DNA from: Felis catus
Taxonomy: Eukaryota
Reading direction: 5' to 3'
DNA: 64,000 bases
Assembly: GCF_018350175.1 (NCBI RefSeq)
Contig: NC_058373.1
Location: 112,160,001-112,224,000, forward strand
A program made the translations under genes and the position numbers. Within the stretch, counting starts at the first letter, position 1, and each line of letters begins with the position of its first letter. This document shows, one piece after another, positions 36,906 through 48,620 of the stretch. Under the pieces are notes generated by a model that was not told where the DNA came from, made no database searches, and saw only the letters and a program-made list of their open reading frames with translations.

Positions 36906-38436
36906 GATCGCATCACAAAAGCAGGATTTGCTGAGCTTTTTCCTGCACACTGTGATTATGAAACAGTCATTCAATGAACATTTGACTCTTTGCTACATTC
37001 AAGGCATTGTGAATTTTATTAACATAGCACTAAGAGGAAAAAATAAGTCAGGCCTAAAATTAGACCATAAAACAAGCAAAAGTTATAAAAATGGAAACTA
37101 TGACTCAAAGCATATTGAGCTATTTGTGTTCACTGCCACTGGGGGCATTGCTGACTTCCGAGTAGAAGAACAAGAGATCAGATTACACACAGGAGAAATC
37201 TTATAACCTTAAGATAATTTTGAACCCATCCCCGACACCACATAGGAAAAAGAAAATTGGAGTTAAAACTTAAGACATATCAAAATATACCTAAGCATGA
37301 TTTGGCAGCTGGGCCAAGCTAAAGATTACAATTTTTATTTCTACTTTCCTTCCTATCCCTATTACATCTGACCACTCAAGCCTTGGAATGGAAAAACAAA
37401 TGATCCCCTGCAAAATTTACCCCATCTTGTTTTATGGGTTATGTTGTTACTATTTCTGAATCTCAGTGCCTGTAGCATTAATTCAATGTTAGGGCAAATC
37501 TGGCCACGTTCAATTTCACTGCACTCGCTACTCTGTCTGTTCTTCCTACAGAGCTCTAAATGTCCCAGAGTCAGGATTTAAACAGTGAAGCCACCATCTC
37601 AGCCTGGTGCCCTCAGAAGCCTCTGGTGCCATGATGCAGATGCTCACAGCTTAATGAACCACTGTTTAGTGTGCTGCTAAATGAGGTTGCAAAGAGTGAA
37701 CCACCCCTAATGCATCAGCCTTTCACTTGAGGAAAGGGGTTCTTCTCATCACTTACCAGACTTCACCTGAAGAGCAAATGCACCCCCAGATCTTCACATT
37801 TGGGTAAACTGAGAGCGCTTAAAGAAGCAGATCTGACTCTGCCTGCTGATCTGATTTTCTGCTCTAACAGTCATCATTAATATTAATGCTAAATTGGAAG
37901 AAGAGACATAGGGGTCCTCAGGCAGAAAGTCAGCACAAAAGGCTAAATGTGAATTATCCAGGATGCTTGGGCCACACTTAGTGCTAATAATGATGAAAAC
38001 TTTACAGACAAATGCTACCCAGATTCAGCCTAAAAGCAATGATATCACTGGTCCTGTAATGAAAGGTACTACAAATGAAAAGTTGAGAAAATCATTTGGA
38101 TTTCTGTCTGGGGATGTACCCCATACTCAAAGAGACCTTCTAACCTAGAGCTGATAAGGACATTTGTCTTGATATAAACTACCCCAGACATTATTATGAG
38201 TGTTCACTTTTTCCTACCACCTCAACCTCAATATGTCTAGAATATCATCTACGGCACCCGTAGCCTCCTCCTAAGATCACTTGATACTTCAACTATCCCA
38301 GTGTCTCTGGCTTCAAACAGTAGAATCTCCCACAGCCCCTTCAGGTCATTCTTAGTGAGGTTCATCTCACCATCTTTCCATCTGCCTTTCCCCTTGTCCA
38401 GACTCTCATTGTTGCACTTCCCACACGACTTAACCC

Positions 38437-38959
38437 TGAAGGGTAGCAGAAAATGCCACCTCAAATCTGTCACTTTGGTATATCGATTTTTTTGAGATGC
38501 AGGCACTAGAATACCAGCAGATGCAAGAAGAGACTCACTCTAAACTCCTGTCATCCTCCAAAAGGAACTCACTTATCGTCAATCCTCTCCCCAGGAGTTA
38601 TAGCAACCAGGGAAGACAGACTCTTACCACAGGAGAGGAGACTAAAGTTCACACCACACCCAGACAAACTTTGTCACAAACTATCATACCTTCCACCTAT
38701 TCTTCTAAAGGCCCATTCATCTCCCTTTACTCTCCCCTAAGAGACCTCCAACCCCCACCCTGCTTTCCCTTTTAAGATGTTGTGTAGTCCTGGATTCTAA
38801 GCCACCTTGGGGAGTCACTCAGTTTTCCCTTCATGTGTACATGAGGTGAACATGGTAATAGGCTTCTATCTGCTTTTCTCCTGTAAATCTGCCTTTTATT
38901 GCAGGCATCTCAGGTAGGAACCCAAAAGGGTAGAGAGAAAATTATTTCCATCCCCTATG
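38437..38959 (+). mobile_element. ERV1 solo LTR, MER34-like
   Basis: TGAAGGGTAGCAGAAAATGCCACCTCAAATCTGTCACTTTGG start, GGGTAGAGAGAAAATTATTTCCATCCCCTA end. TSD-like ACCC/ACCT. Confidence 0.85.
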
Positions 38960-39449
38960 ACCTCTGGCCAGACTCCTGGCCCTTGCAACATCCTTCACCC
39001 TTGCAGCAGAGATTAATTTTCCTGATGTGCCACACTCCCCCATGCAAACCCAAGCAGCTCCCAAGTCTTCAGAGTAAAGTTCTGACTCCTCAGCTCCATG
39101 ATCATCCCAGCATGGGATTCAAATACTTCCCTTTTGTGCCCACACTGCTTCAATCAGACCAGCCTCTCCTCTCCCCTGTAACAGGCTACATGCACTATGA
39201 TTTTAGCCACTCTGTCTGCCTCTTCTATCACATAAATCCTACTTCTTTTTTTTATAAAAATTCAGGTTACATGAATCACCACCACCTTCCCTGTAGGCCT
39301 CCCCAGTTTATCTTTCTGTGTTCTTTTCTTCTCTATTTCTTCCACTTTTCACTTTCTGTTCTTTTCACTATTTCTTTATTTATACCACTATTTCCCAGCT
39401 AATTCCTGCAGAGATTACTGAGTATGTCATTCATTTACCACTTTCCATA

Positions 39450-39685
39450 ATAATAGTAGGTAACACATATAGTGCTTACTAATTCCAGGCTCTGTATAGT
39501 GCTTTACATATATGAAGCTATTTAAAACTCACAACAACCCTATGAGGCAGGTGCTGTCATTATCCCCATTTTACAAGTCAGACACTGAGAGCTTACACAA
39601 CTTACCCAAGGTTCTAGGCTAAAGAACTACACTGCCAGGATATTGACCCAGGCAATCAAGTTCTAGAAACGCTTTTCTACCTTCT
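39450..39685 (-). mobile_element. MIR
   Basis: CTCACAACAACCCTATGAGGCAGGTGCTGTCATTATCCCCATTTTACA. Confidence 0.88.
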
Positions 39686-41943
39686 TATAGATAATCTTTT
39701 ATTATTCATTAATTTTTTACACCTGCTCTTATGTTCCCAACCAGATTCCTGAGGAGAAGAGTTAGTTCTTTACAGTTTGCTGACCTCATCTGCCTTAAAG
39801 CAGTCTTAAATTATTTCTGGAAATAAAAGGTGGAATGTAAACAAATAAGTTTTCTTACACACCAGTCTCTCTGAAAAATCTATGACCAAACCTTATAAAG
39901 ACCTCTGTAATCTTCTTTGAATCATGTATGAGTCTGGAAAATCCAACTGTATAGAATGTATGAATTGTATTTAACAAGGGCTATAAAGTGAAGCCATACC
40001 CCACCTCCTCATGAACACACCAATTTCTAATATATTAAAAAGTATTTTCACAGGGGAAACAATTCCCAAGAAAATAATTCCCAAATGCATTAAATACAAA
40101 ATAATTGTGGAAGAAATTTTGCGGAGTGTAGTCAGACTACTGAAATGCTGGTTGCAATGTTATCCTGAAAGAAGTTTGTGCAGCACTTAGATCCTTAGAA
40201 TCTGTCATTCTAAATGTAGAATTGCTTATGAGGTCAGAACCATCACATTGATATTGTCCAAGCACCTCACATAGTCATACCCATATTGGGTCTTTAAAAA
40301 TTCTCTGGATTTGTTCCTTAACTTTGGGGTTATCTTACTGTCACTGATTGCTTTTCTTGTATTTCCCTGAAATATATCACTTTCTCCAAACTAATGGATT
40401 CCCCTCCTCAGCCCTTCTATCTCAAGCAGCTTTATTCTCTTTGTTCATCTTTTTCTGGGCCATTACATTGTCTACTAGAGTTAGCCTGTAATATCATATT
40501 TGCCAGCAGGGGCTGCCATTTGCCACAGGATTTGCTAATTTTCAAAATTCCCTAGATCTGAGACTCCAGATTGTATAAAATAGTACAGTGCCTAATTTAT
40601 CAACTTGGCAGGTTTGAAATGCTATAAAATCAGTTACTTAAAATGAGTGATGCTTGTAATGTGCTGCACAGTTTTAATGAGCAGAGCGCCACTGCTCCAT
40701 TAAGACAACGGGAGACCACATTGGGAAACAAGCAGCAACAATGTGAGGTTAAGAGAATAGCAGGAAAACCTGCTTCTTGCCCACAAGATCCCAGTGGGGA
40801 CAATATGTTCAATAAACAATTGACTTTCTCATTGGCAAACAAAAGGGACTCATCTTAGTGTCTTTCATCATCGGTCCATCCTCTCCCTTTCCATACAAGG
40901 TCAGCCCTATGTTACCTCTTATAAAAATTATACCAATAGCCTTATATCCTTTCTCCTGCCCCAGACTCTTCCAACTAAAAACTATTCGGTGAAGTGCTGG
41001 AATAATCTTTCTAAAATGATACTTTCTTAAAAATTGTGATGTCCATAATCAAGGCAAGCCCTCCTCAAAGTGACATACCACATCTTATAAGCCAGTCTGA
41101 AGTTATCTGTCCAATGGTACTTTCTACTCCCTGATTCTCCACTTTGACAAGACAGGGGCTTTTACTCTTCCCCACAGATTAAGCTTATTTCCATCTTGAT
41201 ACGTTTGTGCCTGTTAATCCACTAATCCACACACCTGAAATGCCCTCCTTCTTCTCTTAACTCCTTAGTCAACACTATTGCTATATTAATTTCCCAGGAG
41301 TGATTAAATGCATGGAATATTGCTAGTTAACATAATTCCTTCTCCCAGCATCCCTGGGAGCACCTGAAATATAAGACAACCACTCTACACCAGAGCAATA
41401 TTAATGAAATACAATACTGTAACACTTGCATACAGCATTAAGTGAGCAGACAACATACAGATAACTCCTAGGGGATCTCAGCCAGCACAAGCTCTTCCAT
41501 TTGCCCATGGTGATTTTGCATTCTCAGCTGAAATGTGATTTTGAAGGAGCCTCCTCACCTTCACAGGACTTGTTTTGACTCCATGAGTAAATTCTCTGGG
41601 AGAACCCACTGCTGTATTTTAAGTACCGTCTTTCCTCTCTGCCCACAATTTCTTACTCTCCTGCCTTCCTGAAAGTCATGTTACTGTCTGCCCCCACCAC
41701 TCTGGACTTAAGACACACAAATCATGATGTCTGCTGAGATCACCAGAAGAAAGGCTGGCACCATAATGTTCCCCTTTTCAATATTTTCCTATGTTGGCCA
41801 GAGTCACTTCTTAACCACAGTCAGTCCTCCAAGGGCTTCTCTGCCCACTCAGTCAGCTAACAACCGTCATTTCTATGATACACCTCTAATTTACTGTTTG
41901 GAGATGAAATATGGTCTATTTAGAATCAGAAATCAAAGGTTTA

Positions 41944-42128
41944 TGAATTTTTTTAAATTTATTTTAGAGAGAGAGAGAGTACGAGTGGGGGAGGGGGCAG
42001 AGGGACAGAACGAGAGAATCTTAAGCAGGTTCCATGCTCAGCACAGAGCCTGACATGGGGCTCGATCCCATGACCTGAGCCAAAATCAAGAGTCAGACAC
42101 TCAACCGACTGGGCTACCCAGGCACCCC
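41944..42128 (-). mobile_element. CAN-SINE inserted in a MIR
   Basis: Antisense SINEC. Perfect TSD CAGAAATCAAAGGTTTA at 41927-41943 and 42129-42145. Confidence 0.95.
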
Positions 42129-42480
42129 CAGAAATCAAAGGTTTAGATTCACATTCTGGCTCTGTTACTTTCTAGCTGATATATTTGAACCTCTTACCTC
42201 AGAGGTGAAATGGAAATGATAATTTCTACAAGTCAAGAAGTGAGCTCAAAGGAAAGAACATACATCGAAGCACATTGAACACTATATAGCGCTATACACA
42301 AGTAAAATGTCATATCTTTATGCTTTAACTCAGTAGGAGTCCCAAACATAGGTCACCCCATGAGGCAAAGACAATAAGAACAAAGCTAAAAATCCTGGCA
42401 GGAAGGAGGAGCTCTCCAGTTCATTTTTTCTTTGCATCAATAAGCTATAGAAACAAGAATTTGTCTACCATCTCTATCTG

Positions 42481-42498
42481 AATGCCATCTAGTGGACA
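42481..42498 (-). promoter_or_regulatory. CTCF-binding motif (predicted)
   Basis: Reverse complement TGTCCACTAGATGGCATT; same 13-mer core as the site at 398-410. Confidence 0.55.
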
Positions 42499-43746
42499 TA
42501 AAGTTCTTGTAATAACAGAAGAACTACAATTACCGGTGATGGTTCCTAAGGCATGAGCCACTGCCAGCATTGTCAATACACAAGGTAAGTCTTAGCCTTA
42601 ACGGGGCACAAATTAAGGACCACCTATGATGTACAATGTAAAAAATTCTGAATAAGGCCCTGGTTCTTAGTGACTCTCCCCTTAACCCCTAAATCCCTCA
42701 AAATTTCATCATTAGAGCTTCATTTTTTCAAGCATTGGAGGGTGTTTGAGGGTGTTTAGTCTTCAAACATCCTTTATTACAATTAAAAGACCTATGAGCA
42801 ATAACCCTTTCAATATTTTTAATATTTTTCAGCTCACACCTTAGCAGAGGTTAGATGAAGGTAAAGAAGAAGTAAAGTCTAGAAGAAGTAAAGTAGAGAA
42901 GTAAAGGTTGTACTAGAAATCAAGAAGGGCAGGGAAGAGTTGAGGCCTTGGAAAGTCATGAGTGTCAAAAAGGAGACCAGAGGGACCAAAGATAAACTCC
43001 ATACTCACCCTACTCTTGCTTTAGCCAGGCCTTGTTAATGCACGTTGTTTGCTTGATTTTTTTTTTTCTTTTTGTATCCTGCAGCTTACAATTAGCCTCA
43101 ATGAATGACGAAGCCTACAGTCAAGCAAAAGTGGAAAGGATATATATATTTTAAGATTTAAATATATCTCTGAAGCCACCTCTGCACACAGTGAGGCCAG
43201 GGAGGGAGGATGGTGGGGGCAGGCAAGAGGGAGACCCGCCTTGTTGTTTGAGTCCAAAGCTTATGGGGCTTCCCACCGACAGCCCTCGTTTGGCAGCATG
43301 GCACTGGAGGTGTGCCTCTTTGGACACATATTGGAGTCCTGCTTAGCTGTGTCTGCTCCTCCTCAACATGCTTCCTTTTCTATCTGCAGTATTTAGAAAG
43401 ATGAGAGACAACGCTGCGAAGAACACAAAGGCTTTTGCAAACCGTCTCTGACTTCATATCCAAAGCTGTCGCTATCGGGGTTGGATTTAGCAACTTGGCA
43501 TTCGTTTGATAGGACCACCCCTGTTGGTGGCCATCTGGAGTCTTTTGGAGAATTTTTAAAGAGGCACGCTGCTTGGAGAGCATTTTGTAGTAGAGAAAGC
43601 GCTGGTGTTCAATTCAGGAAGCCTCTGTTTGAACCCACCCAGCAGCAGCTAAGTGACCTTGGGCAACCCAGTGCACTTCCTTGAACCTCTGTTTCTTTGT
43701 CAGTTAAGTGAATTGACAATTCCTTGCAAGATTTAATAGTCTAGGG

Positions 43747-43933
43747 CAGAGCTTCCCAAAGTGTGGTCTCTAAACCAGCAGCATCAGCATCACCTGGAAA
43801 CTTAGTAGAAATGCATACTCTTATCCCCCACCTAGGCCTCCTGAAACAGAAAGACTGGGAGTCAGGTCCAGCAATCTGTGTTTAAGAAACCCTCCAGGTA
43901 ATTCTGACATGCAGTCAACTGTGAGAACCACTG
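43747..43933. mobile_element. MER5A (hAT-Charlie MITE)
   Basis: CAGAGCTTCCCAAAGTGTGG...CAGCAGCATCAGCATCACCTGG...TGAGAACCACTG. 8-bp TSD-like GTCTAGGG/CTATAGGG. Confidence 0.92.
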
Positions 43934-44789
43934 CTATAGGGTTCTATTATTCTCCTTCCCTTTCCTCTCTAGGTGTGCCTGGGCAACACTGATTTGCAGC
44001 TGGTCAAAGTGTATTGGAGGCCAAGGGAAGCATTCACTTGCATAAGTAGGTTGACCAGGCAGCTGAAGAGGTCCCAATCAGGGAGTGGACAGGGATGAAA
44101 GGGGAGAGCCTTTCATCACTTCCCCAGACCCTTCCATGGACAAAGTTCCAGAGAACTCTGAGACCATCTACAAAACAGACATCTTTTTGGCCATGTTCTT
44201 GCAGCACATTTCGACAACGTCAAAAGTAGCAAGAGCAAAAACAGTTTTTGTTAACGATGCCAACCTCTCTTTTGATTATTTTTGTCTCTAATCCCTGTAG
44301 ATACATGTCATTAGTGCCGAGAAAGGAAAATTACTTTCTTCATTTTAGTTTTTTTTGTTTTTCCCTCTACCTTTTCTGACAGCTTTTCTTTTCCTCTAAG
44401 TTATCAGGGACAACCTGCAAGTGTTGTGCTGGGTTCCACCAGGGAATTGTGGTTTCCTAGCAACAGCCAGGGCCTGCTGGGCCATTCTCTGAGTCACCAG
44501 CTCCGGGCAGCTCCTGATAAGCGGTGCTGCTTGCAGAGGAATGCTCTATGGACCCTACACGGGAGCCTGCCTGCACATGTCTCCTTCACAGGAGAACAGA
44601 ATCTATAGAGAATAGACCATCAATAGGACCTAAAGAATGGCATAAACATGGCACTCTTTTTTCTGAGCTAAATGGATCTTGCTTCTTGATTATTCTATGG
44701 GGTGCTGAAGAAGGAAAGAAAAGGAGCAGGGAAGTAAGAGCAGGGAGAGAAAGAAAGGAAGGGAGGGAGGGAGGACAGAAGAAATTTTT

Positions 44790-44985
44790 TCAATGAACAT
44801 CTCTGAGCATCTGCAATGTATCCTGCAGCTACATACTGGAGATGCAAAATCAAATAAGATGTAGTCCTTGACCTCAGAAAGCTTATGGTCTCACAGGGGA
44901 GACAGCTCAGTATGCCGTCATGATAGATGTAATACAGAAGACTACTATTTCTAGGAGACTGAGTATAACTGCAGGGTCTCACAAG
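44790..44985 (-). mobile_element. L2 3' end fragment
   Basis: TCAATGAACATCTCTGAGCATC...GTCCTTGACCTCAG...GGGGAGACAG. Confidence 0.6.
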
Positions 44986-44999
44986 TCATAATAAGACCT

Positions 45000-45678
45000 C
45001 TCTCAATTTTGTAATGTTTCCATTTCCCTGTAAAAGTATTCTTATCATTGAGATTTTCAAATGTATTAGGATTAACTCACATGCAGTATGGCTCTTACAA
45101 TGTGTTTACTCTCTGTATCTGTAATTGTATTAACTTTCTTATTCTTAATGTTGTGCATTTGGGTCTTTTCTCATTTTTGTGTGTGTTTGTTAAATACAAG
45201 AGTTTGTCTCTTTTGTTGATCTTTTTGAAATAGGCTCTTGGTAAATTTATTGATTCTACGTTTCTTTTTAAATGTATTGATTTCTGTTTGTGTTTTTATT
45301 GATTCTTTTCTCTCACTTTCCTAAAGTTATATTTGTTTTTTTTTATGTTCTCTTGAGTTGAAGCCATAATTGAATCCATTTATTTTCATTTTTCTTGTTT
45401 ATTAATAAAAGCACTTAAAGCTGCGAATATCTCTGATTTCAGGTTTGGCTGCTGCCATATGTCTTAATATGAGCTCTTGTTGAATGTGCTTATTTACTTT
45501 TGTCTGCTTGATCTATCACAAGGACTAAAGTCCCCTCTATGATTATGGTTCTCATTGTATTTCTAAGAGGGTATTTATGAGAGGTTTTGATATATATATT
45601 TGATACCATGCTGTTTAGCACTTAGTTTCAATGATTCCTTCATATTTGTTATGGATTGCACCCGTCAGCAATAAAAAA

Positions 45679-45739
<61 letters not shown>

Positions 45740-45870
45740 AAACAAAAGAAAGGAAAGGAAGGAAGGAAAGAAGGAAAATACTTCATCTCATTTAACGGCC
45801 TGAGCCTTGAATTCTGCATCATCTGATATTATTTTTGTCATCCCTGATTTACTTTTATCATCTATACCTT
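45000..45870 (-). mobile_element. Old L1M ORF2-region fragment
   Basis: T-rich antisense L1 texture (AAGAGTTTGTCTCTTTTGTTGATCTTTT, ATTGATTTCTG, TCTGATATTA). Confidence 0.65.
45673..45778 (+). repeat. (GAAA)15 + (GGAA)n polypurine microsatellite
   Basis: Read directly; the perfect (GAAA)n spans 45682-45741. Confidence 0.97.
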
Positions 45871-45877
45871 CCTTTAC

Positions 45878-46382
45878 TGTAACATAGAAGGCTGTCTCGT
45901 ATTTTGACTCGGTGTGCTTGGTCCTGGGCCTGTTTTCCCTCCAGTTTATTTCTCTTTCTCTTACTCAGCTCTGCATCACAGTGTGGATCCTATAGACTGT
46001 CAGCTGGCTCCCAGCTGCATTTGGCCAATAGTAGAAACCAGTGGGAAAAAGAGATAAGCAAGGTATTCCTCCCCCACTGCCTCTCATGTGTTGTTTTCTG
46101 CAATAGCTCCAGTTCCCCTCTGGCTCCAGTTCCTGCTGAATGGGTCTGTCCTGGTTCTAGCTTCTGCCAAGTGACCCTAGTAATTCTGCCTTCTCCCTTT
46201 GTCTTCTAACCAAGAGTGGATAGCAGCTTCCTGAGGTTGCTAATCTCTGGGTTGCCTCACTGTCCCCTATTTAACTTTACTCTTCTATCTACTGTGTAAC
46301 CAATTTTTTTTTTTTTGCATTAAATTCCTTCTCTGGTAAATATTTAGAGTGGTTTCTATTTTCTTGAATGAGCTTTGATATA
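45878..46382 (+). mobile_element. ERVL LTR, LTR33-like
   Basis: TTTGGCCAAT...GGTATTCCTCCCC...CAGCTTCCTG..GTTGCTAATCTCTGGGTTGCCTCAC...ATTAAATTCC. Confidence 0.75.
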
Positions 46383-46434
46383 CCCATTCGTTATTTTAGT
46401 ATTAAATTTAACCTATTCATTTTTGCAGCAAATA

Positions 46435-47003
46435 CTGTGGTTGACTTCCTAACACCCATTCCAAATCCCTTTGTTCTTGCCTTCTTCTGGTATAAAGCCT
46501 ACAAAGCTCTCCTGCAGCAAGCAAAAACATGTGGTACAATGAGACATAAATAGAATATACTGAAGATTTAAGGGAAAGTCTTATTTTCCTCCAAATACCT
46601 ATATTTGGTATTTAGTACAGGCGTTGCCCATTCTTTCTCTAGCCCTTCTTTATTCCTGTCTGGACAGGATTTGATGGCTGGAGCTTTAGCAGCCATTATG
46701 AAACTATCAGGAAAAACAAATAGAAACAGAGTGAACTGAGCCCTGACACCCTTGAGCCACGGAACATATATCAGCAACCTCCACAATTCCTGTTACAAAA
46801 GAAACGAAGGGGCGCCTGGGTGGCTCAGTTGGTTAAGCATCCGACTTCAGCTCAGGTCGCGACCTCATGGTTTGTGGGTTTGTCTCTGTCTCTCTCAAAA
46901 ATAAATAAACATTTAAAAAAGAAAAGAAAAATGATTATTTGTTGATACTATTAATTACAGGATTTTCTGTCATTCTCAGTAGGATGCAACTTCTAACTCA
47001 ATA
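46435..47003 (+). mobile_element. Old MaLR LTR (MLT1I/J-like) split by a SINE
   Basis: TGATGGCTGGAGCTTTAGCAGCCAT...TTTTCTGTCA...CTTCTAACT. Confidence 0.65.
46809..46920 (+). mobile_element. CAN-SINE with an internal deletion
   Basis: Intact head GGGGCGCCTGGGTGGCTCAGTTGGTTAAGC joined almost directly to TCTCTGTCTCTCTCAAAAATAAATAAAC. Confidence 0.92.
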
Positions 47004-47009
47004 TTTCCC

Positions 47010-47200
47010 AGAAGAATGTAATTGGCATTTGGGGCTAGCCAATTCTTTTTGTGTAGGTGTAGACCTGCAAATCGCAAAATATTTAGCATGCTTGGCCCCA
47101 GATGCTAAATGCCAGTAACACTAGTCAAGTATTATGCAAATCAAAGTCTTCTGTCATACATTTCCAAATACCTTTGGAAGTGATAGAGTTGCATCCTCTC
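47010..47200. mobile_element. MER20-like hAT element
   Basis: TTGGCATTTGGGGC...AATTCTTT...TTTAGCAT...AAATGCCAGTA...CATTTCCAAAT. Confidence 0.6.
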
Positions 47201-47409
47201 CAAAAACAAAACAAAACAAAACAAAACAATGCACATACACATCACACACATAAAGCTTTCTGTCATTTTTTAAATCATTACAGAAGTTACATGGATCCAC
47301 TCCCTCCCCATGCTCCCCACCCCCCACTAGAAACTCATCAGTCTTCTGATGGAATCATTGTTGTAAGGATATGAGGTTAGATACTTATTACACTTTTGGG
47401 GGAGTGTGA

Positions 47410-48620
47410 AAGATTTTTAAAATAAAGTACAAGAATATTATAACAAACACCCATGTATCCACTTTTGAGAATTAACAAATGTTAACATTCTGTCACTTTG
47501 CTTCAGACTTTTTTGAATAAAAGAAGTAAAAACATTATGAAATTGAAGTCCTTTATTCCAATCCACAATCTCAATCTCAAAACTCCCCTGCTCTTCTTCC
47601 CCAGAGATAATGACTATTGTGAATTTGGCACATTTCCACTTAGTCCTTGCTTCTCACTGTCTATGTAAGCATACACAATTCATAGTAATGTGGGTGTATC
47701 TTTGAGGACTTGTTCAATGTACACGAATGGTAGCATGCTATCCATACCATTCTGGAATTTGCTCTTTGACTAAATTTAAGTTTTTGATATTTAATTAAAA
47801 CACAAACGTAGTTCACTAATTTTATGTGATGTATATTATTCAGTTGTATGAGTTAATCACAGTACATTTATCTATTCCGGTTTTTTGTTTTTTGTTTTTT
47901 TTTAATTTTTTTTTCAACGTTTATTTATTTTTGGGACAGAGAGAGACAGAGCATGAACGGGGGAGGGGCAGAGAGAGAGGGAGACACAGAATCAGAAACA
48001 GGCTCCAGGCTCTGAGCCATCAGCCCAGAGCCTGACGCGGGGCTCGAACTCACGGATCGCGAGATCGTGACCTGGCTGAAGTCGGACGCTCAACCGACTG
48101 CGCCACCCAGGCGCCCCTATCTATTCCGTTTTGAAGGACTTTTAGGTTGATTTTAATTTTTAACTATTAAAAACAATACCTAATGAACATCTTTGCAGGA
48201 GTTCATGGGGGGGTATATTTACAAGAGCTTCCTTGGGGTATGTGCCTAGTAGTGGAACTGCTAAATCCTAGAGTGTGCACATCTTCAACTTTGCTTGATA
48301 TTTCCAAATTCTCCAAAGCATTACTACTAAAGTCCCACCAATAGAGTAAGAGAGTTCCTGTTTCCACATATGGTCACCAACATTTGGTATGTCAGAGTAT
48401 TGATCTTTGGCAATTAGATGGATGGATGGATGGGTGGGAATTGGTATGTCTTATTATTTTAATTTGCAATTTTCCTAATTATTCGTTAGATGAAGCATCT
48501 TTTGGGGAGGGGACATTTGCCCTTTATTTTCTTCAAATTGCTGTAAGTTGTGTTTGTGTTTCATCTTTCTCTCCAATAGTCTTTTTACTAGTGATGCATG
48601 GGAGTTATAAATTCTAACTG
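47410..48620 (-). mobile_element. Old L1ME-like 3' fragment split by a young SINE
   Basis: ACAAACACCCATGTATCCAC...AATGAACATCTTTG...CCTAGTAGTGGAACTGCT...TTTAATTTGCA. Confidence 0.75.
47881..48117 (-). mobile_element. Young felid SINEC_Fc
   Basis: 14 intact CpGs, intact A box (TGGCGCAGTCGG) and B box (AGTTCGAGCC), long A-rich tail. TSD TATCTATTCCG at 47869-47879 and 48118-48128. Confidence 0.97.

Noticed and set aside
37750..37780. Possible 10-nt micro-exon on the minus strand (TTTGCTCTTCAG|GTGAAGTCTG|GTAAGT)
   Set aside because: Splice-like words occur often by chance in 64 kb, the length is not frame-preserving, and no partner exons were found.
38899..39402. Longest ORF (167 aa)
   Set aside because: It starts at a TTG inside an LTR and runs through degenerate pyrimidine-rich sequence, with no recognisable domain.
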